A stretch of 64,000 nucleotides of DNA from Eledone cirrhosa (lineage: Eukaryota): NCBI GenBank assembly GCA_964016885.1, contig OZ024747.1, positions 54,188,001 through 54,252,000 of the forward strand. Reading direction: 5' to 3'. Positions 1 through 12,245 of this stretch are shown piece after piece. The position numbers and the translations under genes were made by a program. Below the pieces are notes generated by a model, which had not been told where the DNA came from, searched no databases, and was given only the letters and a program-made list of their open reading frames with translations. Numbering within the stretch: the stretch's first letter is position 1; every line of letters begins with the position of its first letter.

Positions 1-699
1 GAACGTCTTTGATAATAGGGCTGTTGGGTTTGTGTTTACTTTGAAGTTAAGAATAACAATAACTCAGTGATACCACGTCATTTAAAATAAATAAAATCTT
101 TTTTATATTTCTTTAAATTACTCAGTCGAAGAAAAAGAAATTCCAACATCAGATTCTGAACAATATCTGCAGCAATAAGACCACATTATAAAAACATATC
201 ATGCCTGCCACAACACAAGAATGATATATCAACAGAGTAAATATCAAACTCTGTGAATATCAACTCATTCTGGTATCTCAGATATATTTTATTCCAAGCG
301 AATATGTCTGTCTCTCTGGTGGGCTGGGGTGGGGGCTTGGGGGTGGGGTGGGGGCTTGGGGTGGGGTGTGTGTGGGTGGTGGTGGTGGTGGTGGCATTTG
401 GATGAGACCAGGACCCATGGAATTATTTTTGCTCGTAAGAATTCAATTGGCTAACTACGTGACATAGATCTAGAGAAATACAGTACAGCGTAGATACCAA
501 ACATTACGATTAACAGTAGCAACCACAACAAGAACAACAACAAAAACAACAACAACAACATAATTGTGAAAACAACAGTACTAACAATAATAGAAATAAT
601 GATAACGTCAAAACACACACACACACACACACATATATAATATATAATGTATATATTATATATATATGTAAATATATATGTATATGTATATACATAATC

Positions 700-734
<35 letters not shown>

Positions 735-1132
735 CTGTGTGTGTGTGTGTGTGTGTGTACATACATAAATATATATATATATGTATATATATAAATTCGT
801 TTTGAGGAAAAAGCTGAAAAGTTACTGAAAAAAAAACCGAAAAAAATCTAGATTCTTTTTGGCATCATATTGGTTAGGTAGTGACCAGAAAATCGCAGAA
901 TGGACGGTGGAATTGAATTTTGAAAACAAATAAACGATTGCTACTTGGAATGGGCAGGAAAGAGGAATAAAAAATAGCTGCCTGTCAAACTGTTTGCATT
1001 ATTTGTTATTTTTTTTTTTTTTTTTTTTTTTTTTGGTAATTCTCCTGTTTTTATTTTATTTTGACGTTGTGGGTGAGATTGAAGAATCATAGCGAGGGAA
1101 ACAATCATTTTGAATGATGCATCTATCTGCAG

Positions 1133-1174
<42 letters not shown>

Positions 1175-1299
1175 ACACACACACACATATATATATATAT
1201 GTATATAAATGAAAAGTATAGAAATTGTTGTAGCGAGAAGCTAACAGTATTCCATAACATATATATATATGTATATATATATATGTATATATATATATA

Positions 1300-1333
<34 letters not shown>

Positions 1334-1369
1334 TACATGGATACACATACAAACAAGCAGGCGTTCACG

Positions 1370-1426
<57 letters not shown>

Positions 1427-1894
1427 TTATGTCTGTCTGTGTGTGGGTGTAGGGGTGTGTGTGTATGTGTGTTTCTGTGTGTCTGTTTTTCTATGGAGTA
1501 TACATGTATGTGTTTGTGTTACACTACCTAGAATAGTGTCAGACATGTACAGTTGAAATAAAATATAACCTTCACTTCTTGAAAAACACCATCAAAATAA
1601 ACAAAGCAAAAATTGTATTAAAAAAACAGCAAATATAAGTTAACCAAAAAAGAAAAGAAAATATTGGTGTTGCGTTTGTGGAGGCGAAGGTGGCGGGGTT
1701 TGTTGGGCTGAATGATAATAATAAAAACACCAACAATAACAACAACAATGAAAAGCTAAGTATTCTTAGGTGTATGTGTATATGTTAGTAAGAATGTATT
1801 TATGTATGCATGTAAGTATCTATCTATGTATCACAGTGTTTGAGAGCATGTTCTGGTGTATGCACTATGTATGTACGTATGTATGTACGTATGC

Positions 1895-1927
<33 letters not shown>

Positions 1928-2445
1928 TGTATGTATGTATGTATGTATGTATGTATGTATATAGGTATGTAGGTATGTAGGTATGTATGTATACATGTAT
2001 GTATGTATGTATGTATGTATGTATGTATGTATGTATGTATGTATGTATGCATGTATGTAGGCATGTATGTATGTATGTATACATGTATGTATGTATGTAT
2101 GTATGTATGTATGTATGTATGTATGTATGCATGTATGTATGTATGCATGTGTGTAGGTATGTATGTAGGTGTGTATGTATGTAGGTATGCATGTATGCAC
2201 GCGTGTTTGTCTATCTGTATGTCTGTATGTTTGTTTATATGTATATATATATATATGTATGTATGCATGTATGTATGTGTGTAGTATGCATGTATGCATG
2301 TGTGTAGGTATGTATGTAGGTATGTATGTATGTATGTATCCATGTATGCACGCGTGTTTGTCTATCTGTATGTCTGTATGTATGTGTTTAGTATGCAAGT
2401 ATACATGTATGTAGGTATGTATGCATGAATGTATGTGTGTATGTT

Positions 2446-2645
2446 ACCGATGATGTTGATCTTTTCTTCTTTTCGGGTTATAGCTACTGTCCCTCAGAGA
2501 GTGGGATTGGCTCAGTGCACAGTCTTTTCTCACTTTAAAAAATATCTTCACGCACAGGCATTGCACGATAGAATTACTTAATAATTATTACTAATGATAT
2601 ATCGTGCAATGGCCATACTCGATAACAAGGGAGCAGCCATCATGT
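2446..2645 (+). mobile_element. Internally deleted copy of RTE-derived non-autonomous element, followed by (TATG)n tail
   Basis: Shares GAGAGTGGGA(T/C)TGGCT...CTCACT(T/A)TAAAA...CAGGCATTGC with 3045-3155. Shares the 3' terminus GGCCATACTCGATAACAAG...GCAGCCATCATGTATG with 3330-3365 and 13985-14025 (minus). Confidence 0.6.
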
Positions 2646-2756
2646 ATGCATGTATGCATGTATGCATGTATGCATGTAGGTATGTATGTATGCATGTATG
2701 CATGTATGCAAGTATGTATGTATGTATGTATGTATGTATGTATGTATGTATGTTTA

Positions 2757-3365
2757 TGTCAGGTCACCACTTGGTGCTACTGGTAACATGTATCCCAGTA
2801 CAACCTGTCTCATGGTCGGGTCGTTGGCGACTAAACTGGCAACCCCACCAAGGTTTCTTGGTGAGGAGGGTGACTTTGGACATCCTACAGGACTAAAAAC
2901 AAAACCTGTCAAAGGGCAAAGGAGCTCTTAAGAGTCAATGGCCATCCAAAATCACCGGGAGTGATGACCCCTTAGCCTTTGTCAAGGCAGAATTCTAGGA
3001 GAAGGAAAACTCTGATATAACACCTGCAACCCTGATGCTATCCAATGATGTTGACTTGTTCTTCTTTTTGGTAAATATCATCTTGGTTAAGAGAGTGGGA
3101 CTGGCTTTGTGCAGTGCCTTTGCTCACTATAAAACCTTCACGGCACAGGCATTGCTTTATATCTGGAGATCTCTCTGCGCTTGTCACATGGTGCCATGAG
3201 CCCAGCACTATGTGTCAATAATTGTCACAAGTGTAGTGTTTGTACCAGAGTTTTCAAGTCGCTGGCTGGACTAAAAAGTCACACTCGTTCAGCGCATCGG
3301 TAAGGGTTCTCCTACATGGATATAAAGTAGTGGCCGTACTCGAAAACGAGTTGGCAGCCACCATG
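2757..3365 (+). mobile_element. RTE-derived non-autonomous (5'UTR + 3' end) element within (TATG)n
   Basis: Contains GGAGAAGGAAAACTCTGAT, a motif I recall from RTE 5'UTRs. Its 3' end matches the terminus downstream of the RTE ORF remnant at 13985-14720. Flanked by (TATG)n, no ORF. Confidence 0.55.
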
Positions 3366-3369
3366 TATG

Positions 3370-3400
<31 letters not shown>

Positions 3401-4785
3401 GTGTGATTGTATGCGCGTATGTTTGTCTCTCTGTATGTATGTTTATATGTATATATGTATGCATGTATATATGTATGGATATGTGTATCTATATATGCAT
3501 ACAAGTATATATGCATGTGTCGGTGTTTTTGAGTATGTTTTGGTGTAAGTATATATGTATGCACGTATGTTTGTCTGTCTATCTGTCTGTATGTATGTAT
3601 GTATGTATGAATGTTTGTATGTATGTGTGTATGTATGAATGTCTGTATGTATGTATGTATGTATGTATGTATGTATGTATGTATGTATGTGTGAATGTAT
3701 GTATGTATGTATGTGTGTATGTATGAATGTCTGTATGTATGAATGTCTGTATGTATGAATGTATGTATGTATGTATGTATGTGTGTATGTATGAATGTCT
3801 GTATGTATGTATGTATGGATGTATGTATGTATGTAGAACAATTTATAACCGTGATATGTACATTATTGTATGTATATGTGTCTGTGTTATTGTACATCTG
3901 TGTATGAGTGTGTGTATTTGTGTACAGCAATTTATAACTGCAATGTATACATTAATGCATTATGTGTCAATGTCTGTGAGACAGTGATTGTGTACAAGTG
4001 GGTGTTTGTATAACAATTTACAACTGTGATGTATGCCTTAGCGTATATATGTGTCTGCTGTGTGTGTGTGTGTGTTTGTAAGTTTGTGTGTGTGTGTGTG
4101 TATAAGTTGGTGTGTGTGTGTGTATGTGTGTGTGTGTGCACGTATGTATTTGTTTGTGTGTATGTACGAGTAAGCTTTTTGTAATTCTGTGTATATATCA
4201 ATTTGATACTGTTAATATAGGTATATGTGTGTGTGTGCAAATATTATTGTTTGTGTATATATGGATGTATGTATCTATGTTTGCACATCAATTTTTAAGT
4301 ACTGTGTATATATTAATGTTCGTATGTATACTGAGGTGTGTATATATGTAGATTTCTGTGTGTACCTGCACTATATATATCTGTGGTGTATTGAATATTA
4401 TGTTAGTATGAATATGTGTGTAGGTATGTATGTATGATATGAATGAATAAATGTTTGTATTGCATTTGTGATTGTGTGTGTGTTTGTTAGTGTATAACTG
4501 TGTGTGTGTATGGAGATATGAGAGCATGTGTGTGTTTGTGCGTGTGTCGGAGAAGAGTTTTTATTCTTAAATGTGCTGATCTTTTCAAAGTATATTGTTT
4601 GTGCTTTTATTTGTCAGTTGACACACACACACACGCACACACGCAAACACTCACACACACACACACACACACGCACACACGCAAACATTCACACACACAC
4701 ACACACACAAGTGAACTAGAATATAGAGAAACACACATATTAAAATATGATCACAACGTGTATATATATTTATATATATATATAC

Positions 4786-4816
<31 letters not shown>

Positions 4817-4819
4817 AAC

Positions 4820-4855
<36 letters not shown>

Positions 4856-5127
4856 ATATATAAACATATATATATATATATATATTATGCACAGACACGC
4901 ACGCACAGACAGGCACACACACAAATACACGCGCACACACATTCCCATACAAATACAAATAAACATATGTATATATATGTCTATGCAAACATAAATATAT
5001 GTACGCATGTATGTACATATATATATAATATCCACATATATATACTGTTCCTAAACATTTTGTCATGTTTTTTTTTGCCCTGGGCAAGAAAGTTCTCATA
5101 ATTCTGAAATTTGAGACCACATAGTCA

Positions 5128-5229
<102 letters not shown>

Positions 5230-5756
5230 CATATATAAATATATATATATATATTCTGTGATTTATGTATATTGTGCATTTTTTATCTAGCTTACAATGA
5301 GATAAATAGACACACGCATATATTCTGCAACCCATTCATAACCATACTTAGACATATATAGTTACTTAGATATATACCCTCATACATCATATACACACGT
5401 GTATGCACACATTCATACATATTCTTGGATATATGTATCCATATATGCATACATGCAATAATATATGCATTGGCATATGCACATATACAATGGAACTTTG
5501 CTTCTTTGTTAGAAACCATCTTCTTCTATATAGGAAGTATTGAAATAATTCTAAAATATATATAACATATATATATATATACATACATACCTACTTACAT
5601 ACTTATACATATATACACACATGATCCACGCATACCTATGTGTATATATATACATGTGCGTGTGTGTGTAGATCCCGATAGAAATCGGGATAGCAACAGT
5701 AAATAAGGTATTTAATACATACGTAGAGTGCGAACAACGGAATTTAATACAGAAAG

Positions 5757-5806
5757 GGCTTCTACAGGACTAGAAACGTTTCATTCGAATGATCCCATCA
5801 GAAAAG
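5757..5806 (-). ncRNA. Degenerate hammerhead ribozyme motif (family A)
   Basis: Minus strand reads CUGAUGG...GAAAC...CUGUA GAAGC. Homologous to 10966 and 12099 but the core is mutated. Confidence 0.4.
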
Positions 5807-5856
5807 GCATTACTGATGACTTCATATGGTTGAAACAGTTCTAGTCCTGTAGAAGC
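5807..5856 (+). ncRNA. Hammerhead ribozyme motif (family A), stems I and II degraded
   Basis: CUGAUGA...GAAA-CAG-uucuaguc-CUG-UA-GAAGC. Core and stem III are intact and identical in stem III to 12099. Confidence 0.55.
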
Positions 5857-5898
5857 AATTTGTATATTAAATTTCGTTATACACACACACACACTCAG

Positions 5899-5972
<74 letters not shown>

Positions 5973-6159
5973 TTATATATACACACACATATTCCTACAC
6001 ATACATGCATTCATGCCTGTTCATAGATACGCATACATACACGCCTGTATATACATATCTATGCATATATTTAAAAGTCAGTTCTACTCTACAAAATTGG
6101 TTCTTTGAAATGTGAAAACCAAAAATAACCAACACGCTTCATTCGGTCTAACTTCCTCT

Positions 6160-6230
<71 letters not shown>

Positions 6231-6918
6231 TCTTTCTCTTCCTCTTTATCCCTCTCTCTCTCTCTCCTTTTCTCTCTCTCTCCCTCTCGCCTATCTTTCT
6301 CAGTAAATTGAAGAGTTTGTTCTCACCAACAGACATATATCTCACTTGAACAAATTCCTTGCAATTCAAACTCAATCGATTCTTCTGAGATTGATGGAAG
6401 TGTCTTCATCTTAAATTCTTCTTACCATACCCACCCTCTACACATCTCTATTATTCTCTCGTTCTTACCCTCATTGTTCCTTTCTGCTTGCCGCACAGTC
6501 GGGTTCACTTTTTTTGTCCCTGTCTGTATATATGAGTGTGTGTGTGTGGTGGTGGTGTATGTTTATGCGTGCGTGTGTTTCAGCGTGTGCGTGTATGTGT
6601 GTGTTTCTGTGTGTTTCAGCGTGTGCGTGTATGTGTGTGTTTCTGTGTGTTTCTCTGTGTGTGTATGTGTGAGTTATATGTATGTCCATGAATGTCTTAT
6701 GATCGTTTGAGTGTGCACGTGAAAATCCAGAGTGGCAAGACTCACCTTTTAACCATAATAAATGAATATTCAAACCCAACTTCGGTATTGAGTACTCTTC
6801 TCTCTCGTCCGTCAACTACATAGAGATATAAGTATATATATGTTTGTATATATATATAAAAGACACACACCCGCACACATATATTTCTAAATATATATTC
6901 TCTCTGTATCTTTCTCTC

Positions 6919-7046
<128 letters not shown>

Positions 7047-7061
7047 TGTGTACGCAAACGC

Positions 7062-7388
7062 ATGCGAAAAAACGGAGACAAAAATAAATAAATAATTAAA
7101 TTAAATAAAAATGGCGTAAAATTACAATGCAATACAATAGTAAGGAACATGATAATAGTACCACTGATGATGTTGCAGATGTGCAACGAAAGAAATTTTT
7201 TAGACTATGAATATATATATTTATATCTGTATATTTAACCGTTGGTCAGTGAATGATAAATATTGATTGCCAAATAAATTAACTATGGAGATATAAAAGA
7301 TACAGAAGCGAAAAGCAACCAAACAGTGAGTGTCTTCTGTTATTATTTCTGCTAATATTATTACAACAATATGACCCTCCCCAAGTAT

Positions 7389-7397
<9 letters not shown>
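7062..7397 (+). mobile_element. Short hammerhead-bearing non-autonomous element (family C, diverged)
   Basis: Order of motifs: CGCATGCG, AAAATGGCGTA, CUGAUGA-U-GUUGCA/UGCAAC-GAAA, GACTAT, ATGACCCTCCCCAAGTATAACAATAT, then (TA)n. Collinear with 43690-44205 and 12246-12626. Confidence 0.55.
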
Positions 7398-7425
<28 letters not shown>

Positions 7426-7463
7426 AAAGATAACAAGGACGATTGGTTACTCTTCCTTTCCCT

Positions 7464-7525
<62 letters not shown>

Positions 7526-7531
<6 letters not shown>

Positions 7532-7877
7532 ATTAAATCAAATATGTAAAATTTGGCTTCGTTTATTATACATTATAGATATACTGCTATATATATTTTG
7601 GTGACAGCCATCATTGGCTGTGACCCATTCTGAGGAACTGGAATCATATGATTCCAGTTCTTCAGAGAAATCACAACACAACTAGGAGCTGGACATATCG
7701 ATGTATTGACGGAGTAAAACACACTTCAACAACATGTGTGCCTGTCTTTTCCACACCAATTCGGACTGCCTGAAGAAGTCACAGCCAATGATGGCTGTCA
7801 CTGAAATATATATAGCAGTATATCTATAATTTATAATAAACGAAGCCAAATTTTACATAATTGACTTAATTATTTTA
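7526..7877. repeat. ~100-bp inverted repeat (7526-7624 / 7778-7877) enclosing a 36-bp palindrome (7630-7665)
   Basis: AAAATAATTAAATCAAATATGTAAAATTTGGCTTCG...GGCTGTGAC is the near-exact reverse complement of GTCACAGCC...CGAAGCCAAATTTTACATAATTGACTTAATTATTTT. Confidence 0.9.
7765..7819 (+). ncRNA. Type I hammerhead ribozyme, minimal palindromic stem III
   Basis: Stem I ACUGC/GCAGU; CUGAAGA; stem II AGUCACAGCC/GGCUGUCACU (1 mismatch); GAAA; UAUAUA; UA, giving cleavage triplet AUA. Confidence 0.75.
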
Positions 7878-7992
7878 CATTACTCCGGAGTAAACAAACC
7901 AACCTGCGTACTTCGTAGAGTGCTCCAATCTGCATTTTGAGGTGTCGCTAAACAACCAACATATACTCAAAATGTATTTATATATATATATG

Positions 7993-9045
7993 TACTAGCA
8001 TTAAAGCCCGGCGTTGCTCGAGGTCAGTAAGTTACCAAAGTTAGGTTGCACCACACATTTTATGGCAGCAATCTTTTGTCTGCCAGTCACTGGGTGAATG
8101 AATTGCAGACCTGGAATGCCGAAGCAGGAGCTGCGCCAGCAGTGACAATTGTAGTTTCGCCTATGGATATTATCTCTGTGCAAAAGAAGTGTTGAAATTT
8201 ATTGTTTCACAGTACTTGCGCAACACGTGCGTAGACGATGCCAGCCGAACAACAGAGCTGCGATGGAGTTGTTCTGCATGGTTGTCTAATGTGTGTTTTC
8301 TAAATTTAAGACAGTAGGGAGGGGTGTGATATGGGGGAGAGTTAGCTGCTGTTTCTAGCAGGTTTAGTGACCTCATAGAGGATATATTTTCTAAATTTAA
8401 GACAGTAGGGAGGGGTGTGATATGTGGGGAGAGTTAGCTGCTGTTTCTAGCAGGTTTAGTGACCTGATAGAGGATATTATTGTGTATAGTAAATAAACTG
8501 ATACTTCTTTCTTCCAGGTTCATTGAGAGATGTTTTAAAAAAGATTTATCGCTATTTCTTTTGTTGTTGAATAAATTTATTTGTTGCTTTTGAATAAATG
8601 TTGTTTCGTATGAAATGTAATAAGTTCTCTTTGTCATTGAAGTAAATAAATGTTTGACCGTTCCACACTCAAAAACAAATGTTCTCTCTCTCTCTCACTC
8701 TCTTCTCTCTTTCTTCTTTCTTCGGCGTTCCTAAAGGAAGTTTGTAAGTTTAAGCGTATATAAGAGAAAGTTGCAGCATGTATGTAGTTTTATCGAATTT
8801 TAAGGGGAGTAGAGAGAGGTTATCAGATTGTATTAGAGGGGTAAAGCGTCATGTATTTAGTTTTATAGATTATTTCCGTAATTGTGGGTGAGTTTGAAAT
8901 AAATAAATAGTCGTTGACCTAAGTTTACAACATTCATAACATTTACAACATTCTTACAGATTTTGAGTCGAATCGGTTTGAAATTGTGAATGTATAAACA
9001 TGGAACATGCACACACAAAACAACAACAATCTGCCTTTTATAGAT
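7993..9045 (+). mobile_element. Putative non-autonomous Helitron/Helentron-like element
   Basis: 5' TACTAGC...GCCCGGCGTTGCTCG and 3' GAATCGGTTTG...ACACAC...TTTTATAGAT resemble ends of Lep1/HINE-type elements as I recall them. No ORF. Confidence 0.4.
8296..8476. repeat. Two-copy 91-bp tandem duplication
   Basis: TTTTCTAAATTTAAGACAGTAGGGAGGGGTG...ATAGAGGATAT repeated with about 2 differences. Confidence 0.9.
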
Positions 9046-9813
9046 CATGATTTGTCTCACTCGCTTTACGCGTTTCACTTGCTACTCATATATTAACAGG
9101 TTAAATGCCTTCATGACATAGCAGGATTGTAGGGAACCACTGGTTTAATCTGGATACTAATATCAGAAAGATTTCTGCTAAACGTGTTGTAGCAATAAAA
9201 TACAAATAATAATAACATGGGCCAAGAAAGAACTGCTACTGTGATAATAAGTACAAGATGAACACTGAAAAAGCATTATAGGACAAATAATATATGGTAG
9301 AGGAGACAACCGCTGGTGTCATTTGAAAACTAAAATGAAAGAAAGGTTTGCTAAAGACATTCCAAGATCAGGTGGTTGTGTGAAAAGCATTAAAAAAAAA
9401 CTATCATGATCATCATAAAAACACATGTTGAATATTATAATCATCACCTGTATAGGCTTCTTTCTCTACCTCACTACATATCATTGTCATCAGCTGCTTA
9501 TAAACAATATGGCGAACTTTTCAGCAACTCTCACTTTGACGTCAATAAATAAACAAGCATATACTAGCATTAAATAAAAAAAAAGACAAAATAATATTAA
9601 AAAAACAAGACACATTAAATTAAGCTGTGCTCCAGTATGGTCGGCTGTAATAATGGTTCCAATTAAGAATGGAACAACTTGCTATATACGTGCATGTGTA
9701 TGTAGACATGCGTATATATATATATGAGTATGTACGTGTGTATTCACACACACACATATATATATATATATACTGTATATATATATATATATACTGTATA
9801 TATATATATATAT

Positions 9814-9877
<64 letters not shown>

Positions 9878-9916
9878 ATATATATATATATATATATATA
9901 TACAGTATATATATAA

Positions 9917-9979
<63 letters not shown>

Positions 9980-10666
9980 CACATGTACGTACTCATATAT
10001 ATATGTGTGTGTGTATACATATATATGTACATATATATATTCTTGCATATATATATATATATATATGTTTGTGTGTATGCGTGTATGCGTGTGTGTGTGT
10101 GTCTCTGTGTGTGTGTCTGTGTTTGTGTGTGTATAGGCAAATACATGCTCATATACTTTTAGTTTTTTATACATATTCAAATACCGTCAATATGGCAGCA
10201 ATTGAATTTATTCCCAGAGCTATTCTTGAAGAATTAACACTTTTCATCCACTTAGAATCTTGAAGAAGAGTTCTTTGTTACAAATGAACAATAGTCTTTT
10301 TTTTTCTGACCTACTTATCTTTACATCTGCTTTATCTATTGGAACATCCTCATCTAACTCAACCCCATCTCTCATTTTCCTCATATATTCTCTATTTCTC
10401 TCTATCGCTCCATTTTTCTTTCTTTTCCATTCCACCTCTCTCTATCGCTCCATTTTTCTTTCTTTTCCATTCCACCTCACTCTATCTCTCTCTATTCCTC
10501 CATATCTTTTATTTATGTCTGTTATGTATGTATATACATACACTCTCTCTCTCTCTCACACACACACACATATATATATATATATTCTATAATTGCATGG
10601 ATGTATGTATGTAAGTATGTAGGATTAGGTATGTTATATGTATATATGATATATGTGTATATATAT

Positions 10667-10743
<77 letters not shown>

Positions 10744-10965
10744 CATATGTATATATATATAAATATATATATACATATGTATATACAAATATATACATAC
10801 ATATATATATATACATATAGTAATAATAATAAATGTGAAGACGAAAATCCAAAGTAGGGGGCCCGATAAGGATAAATATAATATATAAGAACCCTATAGC
10901 AAATATTTATTAAAATCTGGTATTTGAATAAAAAATATATATATATTTATATATTAATATAGAAA

Positions 10966-11016
10966 AGCTTCTACAGGACAATAACTGTTTCATTCGTGAG
11001 AAATCATCAGGAAGCT
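10966..11016 (-). ncRNA. Type I hammerhead ribozyme (family A)
   Basis: Minus strand: AGCUUC CUGAUGA U-UUC-ucac-GAA-U GAAA CAG-uuauuguc-CUG UA GAAGCU. 6-bp stem I, 4-bp stem III, GUA triplet. Confidence 0.8.
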
Positions 11017-11543
11017 GACTGTCCAAGTAAATGTGTTGGTATTATATATTTTCTGGTGGTAGGAGAGGGTGGGGATTGGGATGGGTGGAGGTCATTGGTT
11101 GATAGATTTAAAGAAAAGGGAATTCATTAAAAGCTAATTCTTAAATCTATAATTTATATTAATAAAGACAGAAAGAATACTGTAAACAGGTTCAAATTGG
11201 AATACCAATCCTTGTTTATCTCTTAAACTAACATTGCCTGTAAGTCAGGTGTCTACAGGATGGGTGGGGTTCATTGGTTTAAAGAAAAGGGAAATTCTTT
11301 AGAAGCTAAATATTTAAGGCTGAAATTAGGGTGACAAAGGCAGAAAGAATTCTATAAACATGTTCAAGTGTTGGAGTGCTTCCCCTTATTGTGAAGTTTC
11401 TCTTAATTTATATTCCAGGTGTCAACAAGCACATTCACACACGCGCACACTTACACACATACACACATACACACACACGCACACACGCACACAAGCAAAC
11501 TCACAACAAACATACATATAAATACATACACATATATGTATAT

Positions 11544-11575
<32 letters not shown>

Positions 11576-11576
<1 letters not shown>

Positions 11577-11970
11577 TCGTTTCTGAATTTGTTTAGCAAG
11601 ATTCTTTATCTGAAATCGTGTGTTGAAACCGATATTGTTATACTTTGGGAGGGTCATGTTGCCAATAAGAAACACACGCACCAGTTGCGTTCACTTCAAT
11701 TTATTATATGTTTATAAATTTACAAATTTATAAATTTATAAATTTCTGGTTGGTTGGTTGGTTCCACAACCAGATAGTTGTTTATATATAGTCATAGTCC
11801 TTTCGAAAGGACTATGACTATATATAAACCACTATCTGGTTGTGGAACCAACCAACCAACCAGAAATTTATAAATTTATAAATTTGTAAATTTATAAATA
11901 TCTAATAAATTGAAGTGAACGCAACTGGTGCGTGTGTTTCTTATTGGCAACATGACCCCCCCCAAAGTAT

Positions 11971-11978
<8 letters not shown>
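11576..11978. mobile_element. Fold-back family C element: ~347-bp near-perfect palindrome (11632-11978) centred on TTTCGAAA
   Basis: Arms of about 173 bp with few mismatches, centre at 11804/11805. Sequence nearly identical to 12246-12419. Confidence 0.9.
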
Positions 11979-12066
<88 letters not shown>

Positions 12067-12098
12067 TGTATATATATATATATGTTTTAATATAGATG

Positions 12099-12149
12099 AG
12101 ATTCTACAGGACTAGAACTGTTTCATTCTTTAGAAATCATCAGGAATCT
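12099..12149 (-). ncRNA. Type I hammerhead ribozyme (family A)
   Basis: Minus strand: AGAUUC CUGAUGA U-UUC-uaaa-GAA-U GAAA CAG-uucuaguc-CUG UA GAAUCU. Stem I shows a compensatory change relative to 10966. Confidence 0.8.
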
Positions 12150-12169
12150 GTATGTGTGTATATATATAT

Positions 12170-12205
<36 letters not shown>

Positions 12206-12245
12206 GCATATAAATGTTAATATGTATATGTATATTTATATGTAT

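Noticed and set aside
9450-9500. CUGAUGA...GAAA on minus strand
   Set aside because: Stems I, II and III do not pair, so this is a chance core match.
11020-11420. Possible Penelope GIY-YIG C-terminus upstream of the 10966 hammerhead; two diverged ~180-bp tandem units
   Set aside because: No convincing reading frame by eye. It would need tBLASTn against PLE proteins.
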